Part shown: piece after piece, positions 35,855-42,344 of the stretch
Layout of the letters: the number at the start of each line of letters is the position of its first letter
Numbering within the stretch: the stretch's first letter is position 1
DNA from: Patescibacteria group bacterium
Lineage (GTDB): Bacteria; Patescibacteriota; Microgenomatia; UBA8517
Direction: 5' to 3'
DNA: 42,344 nucleotides
Assembly (NCBI GenBank): GCA_035291405.1
Contig: DATDSD010000048.1
Coordinates: forward strand, 1 to 42,344
Program-made: the position numbers and the translations under genes
Notes under the pieces: generated by a model
What the model saw: the letters and a program-made list of their open reading frames with translations, nothing else
What the model was told of the DNA's origin: nothing
Databases searched by the model: none

Positions 35855-37747
35855 TTATAGGATATTTTTATTGAGGTTTAAACGGGTTAAAGCTGAAAGG
35901 AAATAGGCATCATCACATTTATTAATAAGGTCAGCTAGTTTATCAATTGGCCAAAGAACAATTCCTTCATCTTCTTCAAATTTATCCCCTTTTTGACAAT
36001 CTTTATAAAGATCATCTGATAGATTAACTATAACTGCATAAAGGTTTGGTTTGTTATTTGTCATACCTGCGTCTGGGTTAAGTCTGCCAAGGGAAATTAT
36101 TTGATCCAAAACTACATCATTTTTAGCTACACTTAGGTTCAAGTCTTTTTGAATAGATCTAATTATAAAATCTAAAACTGATTCATTTAATTTTGGAAAA
36201 CCTCCTGCCAAAGTATACTCAACACTTCCTGTTGGAAACTTTTGTTCTCTTTGTGTTGCTAAATGGGTGATTTCTCCCTTTCTCTTAACTAAAACTAAAA
36301 GTTTAGCACCTGATTTAGGTCCCCAACCCCAGGAATAATATCCTTCCATCCTTTTAACTTTAAGTTTGTTTTCAACTTCAAACCAAGATCCGATACCATA
36401 TACCCCAAATTTGGGATCGGCATGCTCTATCTTTGACAGCTTTAAGATAGTATCCCCGTTTATATGGTCATCTCTTCCCGCCAAGTCCTCAACATATCCA
36501 AAAGTTGAGGGGTTAATCCCTAATGTTTTTATTTCATCTTTTATTTCTGAGGAACTATTCTGATACCATTTTTTACTTTCAAGATTTTTCATTACAATCT
36601 CGTATCTGACTAAATTTTGTTCTACAAAATGTTTGTCGGCATCAAAGGCAACTTTATCTTTTTTTACAGGCTTCTCTATTTTTCCAAAAACAAATTTAGT
36701 TTTACCTGACTCTCTATCAAGGGAGATATAGGCAGAAATTGTTTTTGAAGAATCCATGATCATTGCCTTTCTTTTAAGAAGTGGTCTCCACCAATCTTCG
36801 TTTTCTTTGTACCATTTGATTGTTTCTTTAAGTCCCTCATTAAAATCATCTCTTCCAATCTCTGGTTTCCAACCTAACTCTTCAATAATTTTTGTAGCAT
36901 CAATGGCATACCTTCTATCATTACTGTGTCTATCAGAAACATGTCTGATCATATTTTCATCTGCACCAAATAGTTCCACAACTTTCTTGGCAATGTAGCC
37001 ATTGCTCCTGTCATTATTTGAACCCACTAAATATGTTTCACCTTTTTTGCCTTTTTGAAGAATTAAATCAATTGCTGATGAGTGGTCTCTTGTGTGAATC
37101 CAATCTCTGACGTTTCTACCGTCACCATGAAGAGGAACTTTAATATTATCAATTAAATTAGCAACGATTATTGGAACATATTTTTCAGGAAACTGGTAGG
37201 GTCCGTAATTATTAGAACAATTAGAAATAGTAATATACATTCCAGTTTTTTGGTAAAAATCTAACACAATATTGTCAGCTTCAGCTTTTGAAAGAGCATA
37301 TAGATTATCTGGTCTTGGAGAGTATGGAGTTTTCTCACTAAATTTTGCTTCTGAATCTAAAGGAAGCTCTCCATAAACTTCATCCGTACTTATATGATGA
37401 AATCTTGGAACTCCTGCTTTTTGTGCTTCCTCAAGAAGGGTTAAGGTTCCATGAACATTTGTCTGCCAATAGGTTGATGGATCAAAAATTGCTCTATCTA
37501 CATGACTTTCTGCAGCAAAATGGACAACAGCATCAACGCCCTTTAAGTGCTCTGACATTTTTTTCCTGTCGTTAATATCAGCCTCAACAAACTCAATTTC
37601 CTTTTTGACTGGAGTTAAATTTTCAATGTTTCCAGCATAAGTTAAGGCATCAACAACAATGATTTTATCTTGGGGGTGTTTTTCCACCCAATAGTGAACA
37701 AAATTTGCTCCTATAAAACCCGCTGCGCCTGTTACAAGTAATTTCAT
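35855..37747 (-). CDS. rfbB: dTDP-glucose 4,6-dehydratase (RmlB-type) fused to a ~300-aa C-terminal domain with a degenerate Nudix fold
   Basis: 630 aa. The N-terminal ~330 aa are RmlB-like: LLVTGAAGFIGANFV...FAAESHVDRA...HISTDEVYG...PYALSKAEAD (YxxxK). The C-terminus has G-FPKLN-E-SVLDFII-RSIQKDLNL, the Nudix box positions with REUxEE replaced by RSIQKD. ATGA overlap with galU. Confidence 0.8.
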   Translation of the reverse strand: MKLLVTGAAGFIGANFVHYWVEKHPQDKIIVVDALTYAGNIENLTPVKKEIEFVEADINDRKKMSEHLKGVDAVVHFAAESHVDRAIFDPSTYWQTNVHGTLTLLEEAQKAGVPRFHHISTDEVYGELPLDSEAKFSEKTPYSPRPDNLYALSKAEADNIVLDFYQKTGMYITISNCSNNYGPYQFPEKYVPIIVANLIDNIKVPLHGDGRNVRDWIHTRDHSSAIDLILQKGKKGETYLVGSNNDRSNGYIAKKVVELFGADENMIRHVSDRHSNDRRYAIDATKIIEELGWKPEIGRDDFNEGLKETIKWYKENEDWWRPLLKRKAMIMDSSKTISAYISLDRESGKTKFVFGKIEKPVKKDKVAFDADKHFVEQNLVRYEIVMKNLESKKWYQNSSSEIKDEIKTLGINPSTFGYVEDLAGRDDHINGDTILKLSKIEHADPKFGVYGIGSWFEVENKLKVKRMEGYYSWGWGPKSGAKLLVLVKRKGEITHLATQREQKFPTGSVEYTLAGGFPKLNESVLDFIIRSIQKDLNLSVAKNDVVLDQIISLGRLNPDAGMTNNKPNLYAVIVNLSDDLYKDCQKGDKFEEDEGIVLWPIDKLADLINKCDDAYFLSALTRLNLNKNIL

Positions 37748-38625
37748 TTTAAGTCAAGTGAAGCTAAATATTTTTTGAACTCACCATTTAAGTCTTTGTG
37801 TTTTAATGCAAACTCGACAACTGTTTTTAAGTATTCAAGTTTACTTCCAGTGTCATAATAGGTTCCATTCTTAATCTCACAGGCATAAACAGGAATCCCT
37901 TGTTCTCTTAAGACATTGATCGCATCTACTAACCACACTTCTCCACCTTTTGTTGGTTTAAGATTTTTTAAAGCAGGAAAAATTTCGGGAGGTAAAATAT
38001 AAGCTCCATGAGTCGCTAAATTAGAAGGGGCTTCTTCAGGAAGAGGTTTTTCTACTATTCTTTTAATTTCAAATACACCATCAGCAACATCTTTGAGTTC
38101 CGCAATACCATATTTTGATAGTCTATCTTTAGACTCAATTCTAACGCCTGAAATTACCACTCCTCCGTATTTTTCCCACACTTTCATCATTTGAGACAGT
38201 CGAGGAGGATCAGAACTAATAAACTCATCTCCCCATAAAACAGCAAAACTTTCACTTCCAATTACCGATTCAGCCGAGAGAACGGGTGTTCCGTTTCCAT
38301 AAATTCCTTTTTGTCTGACATATATGAAATTTGCCATCTCAGCAATTTTATTTATTTCCTTTAATAGCTCTTCTTTACCTCCCCGAATTAAGTTATTCAC
38401 TAAATCTGCATTTGGTAAATCAAAATGATCTTCAATTGCTCTTTTTGATGATCCAGTAACTATAACAACATCTTCTATTCCACTGTTAACGGCTTCTTCA
38501 ACTACATACTGAATGACAGGTTTATCTACAATGGGAAGCATCTCTTTAGGCATAGCTTTTGTCTGAGGAAGGAATCTAGTTCCAAAGCCAGCTGCTGGTA
38601 TTACTGCCTTCGTTATTTTTTTCAT
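37744..38625 (-). CDS. galU: UTP--glucose-1-phosphate uridylyltransferase
   Basis: 293 aa. KAVIPAAGFGTRFLPQTKAMPKEMLPIVDKPVIQYVVEEA...VLWGDEF...YDTGSKLEYL. Confidence 0.85.
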   Translation of the reverse strand: MKKITKAVIPAAGFGTRFLPQTKAMPKEMLPIVDKPVIQYVVEEAVNSGIEDVVIVTGSSKRAIEDHFDLPNADLVNNLIRGGKEELLKEINKIAEMANFIYVRQKGIYGNGTPVLSAESVIGSESFAVLWGDEFISSDPPRLSQMMKVWEKYGGVVISGVRIESKDRLSKYGIAELKDVADGVFEIKRIVEKPLPEEAPSNLATHGAYILPPEIFPALKNLKPTKGGEVWLVDAINVLREQGIPVYACEIKNGTYYDTGSKLEYLKTVVEFALKHKDLNGEFKKYLASLDLK

Positions 38626-38648
38626 CGTGTGAAAAGATTATACAGATA

Positions 38649-38903
38649 CTATGTTCTAAAAATCAAGGTTAGAACTAAAACTAGGCCTAAAATTGAAACG
38701 GCTACATATTCAAAAACTACAGTCCAACAAATATCTTTGTGAATTGCATGATGAATAATACCCCATGAAACATACGATAATGATAGGGCAACTACTATGG
38801 CAATTTGAAAATATTTATCATACGAATAAACATAAAATCCAGTTAATCCTGCCAAAAATATTGCAATTAACGATACGTAATGTGGTATGTGTTTTGTATT
38901 CAT
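38649..38903 (-). CDS. hypothetical small membrane protein (3 TM)
   Basis: 84 aa with three hydrophobic helices and His-rich loops (IIHHAIHKD). Confidence 0.45.
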   Translation of the reverse strand: MNTKHIPHYVSLIAIFLAGLTGFYVYSYDKYFQIAIVVALSLSYVSWGIIHHAIHKDICWTVVFEYVAVSILGLVLVLTLIFRT

Positions 38904-38915
38904 AAATTTATTTTT

Positions 38916-39857
38916 TTATAATATTTTTCCAGATTTTAATATCAACATAATCAACATAATCATGCCCAAAAAGGCAACATGGGCAAATGTCCTTCCCGCG
39001 ATTCTAACAATCCTTCTTCTTGAAACCAAAAAGGCATCAAGAGCAAAAACTACAAGCAAAAGACCAACAACAGCAATTGAAGCTGTACGTGTAGTGTTAA
39101 ATGGCGAAATCAATATTTCTTGGTTAGGTTGAGGACTTGTTATTGTTGCTTGAACCTTAGGGTTTTGTGTCACGACAGGGATAGCTGTTGGTGCCTGAGT
39201 AGGTTCTAGTGTAGGTATAACTGTTTGTAATGCTAATGGAGCAGGTTGTTGAGTTTCTTTCGTGGCTGTTTGAGCCACTGGAGCATTTACTTTATCAGCA
39301 TATGTAGACCCAAAAAATTGAACTATAATTGTTGTGTCTATTCCGGCCAAATCACCCTCAGTAACTCCAATCCCAACTTCTTTGTATTTGGGGTTTAAAA
39401 TATTATCTCTATGTGTTGGTGAATTCATCCAAGCGTCAACCGCAGAGGATGCACTGCTAAAATCTCTTGCTAAGTTTTCTCCTGCATACCTATATTTATA
39501 GCCAAAATCACTAAAAAATTTCCAGGGTTGTGTTCCATCTGGTGCCACGTGAGCCCAATAATCCCTATCTATCATGTCTCTTCCCTTGGTATATGCAGCA
39601 GAAGCTAACGTCTGATTGTAAGTAAGTGGGGTAAGTCCAGCTTCAGCTCTTTTTTGATTTGTTAATCTTACTACCTCTTCAGGTGAAATCTGGGCAGCAT
39701 AGCCTAAAATATTAGGTTTTAAATTTGGCAAAAGACTAATTAAACTCTGAAAAACCACAAACAATGAAGCAATAACAATTAAGCTTGATGAATGTAAAAT
39801 CTTAGCCTTGTGATTATTACTTTCTCTTGGAATAAAAAGATGAATTAACTTCCCCAT
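38916..39857 (-). CDS. CAP/SCP (YkwD-like) domain protein with N- and C-terminal membrane anchors
   Basis: 313 aa. N-terminal TM, then a CAP domain (NQKRAEAGL...DYWAHVAPDG...YAGENLA...AVDAWMNSPTHRDNILNPKYKEVGIGV). A Pro/Thr/Gln linker follows, then a C-terminal hydrophobic region. Confidence 0.75.
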   Translation of the reverse strand: MGKLIHLFIPRESNNHKAKILHSSSLIVIASLFVVFQSLISLLPNLKPNILGYAAQISPEEVVRLTNQKRAEAGLTPLTYNQTLASAAYTKGRDMIDRDYWAHVAPDGTQPWKFFSDFGYKYRYAGENLARDFSSASSAVDAWMNSPTHRDNILNPKYKEVGIGVTEGDLAGIDTTIIVQFFGSTYADKVNAPVAQTATKETQQPAPLALQTVIPTLEPTQAPTAIPVVTQNPKVQATITSPQPNQEILISPFNTTRTASIAVVGLLLVVFALDAFLVSRRRIVRIAGRTFAHVAFLGMIMLIMLILKSGKIL

Positions 39858-39863
39858 TAATTC

Positions 39864-39872
39864 ATCATATCA
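39864..39872 (-). promoter_or_regulatory. extended -10 TGATATGAT, 6 nt upstream of ATG 39857
   Basis: Minus strand: TGATATGAT GAATTA ATG. Confidence 0.45.
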
Positions 39873-39878
39873 AATTTT

Positions 39879-42344
39879 TTACTTGTTTTTATACTTTTTG
39901 AAGAGAATATTAAGGATTATGGCTAATAATATTAGCCCTCCCCCAATTAAGACAAATTTATTATTTGGGATGGTATGTGCAATTTTTTCAATTAATGATG
40001 GGTTTTCATTAATATTCCCAGATTCACTGGTTTCTACCTTCTCATCACCTAAAACCTGTCCAGTAGCCTCTTTAGGAAGCTGTCTGACGCTACCTGATCC
40101 ATTTTGAGGCTGGGTTTGGGTAACAGTAGTAGTCGTAGTGGTTGTGCTTCCATCACCCACTAAACTTGATGAATTTCCCGCTTTGTCTATTGCTCTAATA
40201 GAGTAATAGTAGGTTTTATCTGGAGATGCATCGTTTCCATAGGTCATGTCTGAATTTGGAGAACCTGAAACCTTAGCAATTTCATGACTGCTGTCAGCCG
40301 AGAAATCAACCGTCTCACCACGATATATGATTACACTGTCAAAATCAGCGTCTGATGGATTCCTCCAATGTAATTTATTTTCGCTTCCTAAAACATCTCT
40401 ATAATAGCCTGAAACAGGGGATGGTCCAGAATTATCAAAAATTACACTGGTCTCATCACTTACTCCTCCATCAAGAGTAACCTTAAAATAAAATTTAGCT
40501 TCTTCTGTCACCTGAAGAGATGTAACTTGAACCTGACAAGGATTTGAGGTTATATCAATCAAACTCCCGAAATCTTGATACGATCCACCCTCTTTTTTGT
40601 AAGAGAATTGAACATTGCTACCACCTAAGGCTGAGCATGATAATTTGAAGTCGTTTGTATTAACATAACTTGGTAAGCCTTGTATTGAAACAGTTGGAGT
40701 AATAGCCATGGCTTGTTTTGCAAAAACCATCAGACCTAATAAGGCTACCAGAAAACTTAATAATTTTGATTTATTTTTACCATTTTTGTTTTTCTTCAAA
40801 TAAAGACCAGTTGTTAATCCTAGTAATGCAAGAGCTAGTAACCATGTCGGATTTCCAGTAGCCGGAAGCTCAATTGAGGCACCTAATACTTGACCATTAA
40901 GGTTCCCTCCATAGCTCAAGCCTAAACCTACATTAACTGTTGAATCAGCAATGTTACATTCAGTTGTTTCAACAATCTGATCAATTTGGATAGCTGCAAA
41001 TAATAATGTATCAAACCCACCATTAAATCTACCAATTTCTGCATTACAAGTGGCTAAGTTTTTGTACGAACCATTAATAACTGAGTCTGAAATCTTTGCA
41101 TTGTACGTAATAACCTTAATTCCATCTTTTTCCACTGAACCAATATTCCACTCAAGAGTGTTCCCTGAAATTGTCGGGTCAGAAATTGAAACACCATCAA
41201 GCATAGATGTACCAGCAATATAACTAAATCCTCCAGGAAGTGCATCTATTACTTTGACGTTTTCAAGATTCATGTTCCCTGAATTTGTTAAAGTTAATGT
41301 ATAAGTTACTATGTCCCCTCTTTGAGCATTGTTTTTGTTATTTGACTTAGTAATCTCAACGTTAGGATCTTTCAAAAAGTTTCCAAAATTATATCCATCA
41401 AAATTATCATCAGGCAAAACCACCCTGTGACAAGATCCTGGATATGTTTGTTCCCATCTAGGTTTATTTACTTCACAAACTTCATAGGTTCCCGGTAGTA
41501 AATTTTCAAACCAATATTCACCAAAGTGTTCTTCTCCACCATCTGTTTGCATTGAGTCAATTAGTTGACGAATATCCTGACCATCACCTTCAGTAATTTT
41601 ATAAAGCTCTATTGTCCATCCAGAAAGTTTCTCTTCACATCCAAATTCAACATCAATCAATCCTCTTGTAAAGAAACTGCTGGGGCATCTTTGTCCATCC
41701 TGATTTATATCATTCCATTTATAACCATGAATTGAACCTAGTTGCGCGTTACCAAATCTCAATAGGCTGTTTTGTTGGCCGGAAGTTGAAATTTCTGTTT
41801 GCCAACAAACAGGAGCTTCGTCTGTATTTCCGGAACCGTTGACAACGGCAACACCATACTCCGGATGTGTGATTCCTGTATCCGTAACCGGAACATCACT
41901 AACCTTGGGCCATGTTTGGCTATAGTTGGTTTGTTGTACCTCGCAAATATAATATGTACCAGGATAAAGATCGGCGAATTTATACTGACCAAGAACACCT
42001 GTATTTGAAGTGGTCACCTCTTTAGGTGTTTGCCAATCACTGCTATAGAGCCTAATATCCCAACCATCAAGATAACTTTCGTTCAATTCGTGAGCCATCC
42101 CGTCACCATCTACATCATCATATTTTTTGCCAATGACGCTACCCAGTTCAAAATTGCCAAACTGAAGACCAATGAGATCTTCCCCAGCACCCAGGGTAAC
42201 ATCAAAACAGTTTGACCCGTCTTTGTTGGGGTTAAGCTCTGTATTTACACTTCCAACTAAGCCTGATTGAATCCAGCCATCTTTGAGAGTTTCGCAAACC
42301 AGATATCTTCCAGGTTTGAGGTCTTTAAATTTATATTGACCTAA
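39879..42344 (-). CDS. large surface protein (SdrD-B-like repeats, DUF11, internal LPATG sorting signal, FN3-like domain, C-terminal TM); 5' end beyond the right window edge
   Basis: The track starts at M 42098, but hand translation shows the frame open to 42344 (LGQYKFKDLKPGRYLVCE...GSVIGKKYDDVDGDG-MAHE). The repeated motif GQYKF(K/A)DL.PG.Y..CE / GEYWFENLLPGTYEVCE and GSIHGYKWNDINQDGQ indicate SdrD-B/Cna-B-like domains. ITKSNNKNNAQRGDIVTYTLTLTNSGNMNLENVKVIDALPGGFSY is DUF11-like. The FN3-like region is LHWRNPSDADFDSVIIYRG...YYYSIRAIDKAGN. Confidence 0.8.
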   Translation of the reverse strand, partial: LGQYKFKDLKPGRYLVCETLKDGWIQSGLVGSVNTELNPNKDGSNCFDVTLGAGEDLIGLQFGNFELGSVIGKKYDDVDGDGMAHELNESYLDGWDIRLYSSDWQTPKEVTTSNTGVLGQYKFADLYPGTYYICEVQQTNYSQTWPKVSDVPVTDTGITHPEYGVAVVNGSGNTDEAPVCWQTEISTSGQQNSLLRFGNAQLGSIHGYKWNDINQDGQRCPSSFFTRGLIDVEFGCEEKLSGWTIELYKITEGDGQDIRQLIDSMQTDGGEEHFGEYWFENLLPGTYEVCEVNKPRWEQTYPGSCHRVVLPDDNFDGYNFGNFLKDPNVEITKSNNKNNAQRGDIVTYTLTLTNSGNMNLENVKVIDALPGGFSYIAGTSMLDGVSISDPTISGNTLEWNIGSVEKDGIKVITYNAKISDSVINGSYKNLATCNAEIGRFNGGFDTLLFAAIQIDQIVETTECNIADSTVNVGLGLSYGGNLNGQVLGASIELPATGNPTWLLALALLGLTTGLYLKKNKNGKNKSKLLSFLVALLGLMVFAKQAMAITPTVSIQGLPSYVNTNDFKLSCSALGGSNVQFSYKKEGGSYQDFGSLIDITSNPCQVQVTSLQVTEEAKFYFKVTLDGGVSDETSVIFDNSGPSPVSGYYRDVLGSENKLHWRNPSDADFDSVIIYRGETVDFSADSSHEIAKVSGSPNSDMTYGNDASPDKTYYYSIRAIDKAGNSSSLVGDGSTTTTTTTVTQTQPQNGSGSVRQLPKEATGQVLGDEKVETSESGNINENPSLIEKIAHTIPNNKFVLIGGGLILLAIILNILFKKYKNK
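40704..40763 (-). other. internal signal-peptide-like segment with an AxA site
   Basis: LLSFLVALLGLMVFAKQAMA followed by ITPTV. It comes immediately after the basic tail of the sorting signal. Confidence 0.5.
40854..40868 (-). other. LPATG sortase recognition motif (internal)
   Basis: CTT CCG GCT ACT GGA on the minus strand, followed by the hydrophobic NPTWLLALALLGLTTGLYL and the basic KKNKNGKNKSK. Confidence 0.7.

Noticed and set aside
1-42344. Search for CRISPR arrays, rRNA/tRNA genes, IS elements, integrases, toxin-antitoxin pairs or known defence genes
   Set aside because: By eye I found no repeat-spacer periodicity, no long non-coding stretch other than 34819-35208, and no translated ORF with transposase, recombinase, nuclease or RT motifs. 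This absence rests on visual inspection only.

Overview
AT-rich (about 27-32% G+C by hand counts of 60-nt windows), very gene-dense bacterial window. It uses the standard code, since TGA acts as a stop in ATGA overlaps at 3111 and 26177. TrmD, GalU and an LPXTG signal mark it as bacterial. The composition, tiny intergenic gaps and glycosyltransferase load fit a Patescibacteria/CPR-type genome, but that is inference only. I call about 41 protein genes, 36 on the minus strand. I saw no rRNA, tRNA, CRISPR array, transposase or integrase.

Content:
1. 297-30224 is a ~30-kb envelope-glycosylation locus. It holds 11 large polytopic GT-C-like membrane proteins: tandem triplet A1-A3, dispersed quartet B1-B4 and 4 singletons. 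It also holds 8 GT2 and 1 GT4; three of the GT2 are polyprenyl-phosphate-sugar synthases, one of them fused to GtrA. A Wzx-like flippase and a SAM methyltransferase are present. The locus is interrupted by nrnA and by two genes frameshifted at homopolymers.
2. trmD plus a small Cys-rich ORF.
3. 31172-38625 is a rhamnose-type nucleotide-sugar operon: galU, rmlB fused to a degenerate Nudix-like domain, a Nudix protein, an IMPase-like protein, a WbuC cupin, rmlC and rmlD. No rmlA is present.
4. A CAP-domain protein and a large SdrD-B/DUF11/FN3 surface protein that runs off the right edge.

Most notable observations:
- A ~1-kb GC-rich island (34851-35851, about 48-53% G+C) splits the sugar operon. 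It carries the only canonical -35/-10 + AGGAG expression signals in the window, a 191-aa Nudix-fold-like ORF and ~300 nt of structured non-coding DNA.
- The GT-C expansion is extreme, and no priming phosphoglycosyltransferase is visible.
- A complete LPATG sorting signal sits in the middle of the surface protein and is followed directly by a second signal-peptide-like segment.
- TGnTAnnAT extended -10 boxes recur 6-9 nt upstream of start codons with no Shine-Dalgarno, which suggests leaderless mRNAs.

All family assignments are motif recognition by eye; no database search was possible.
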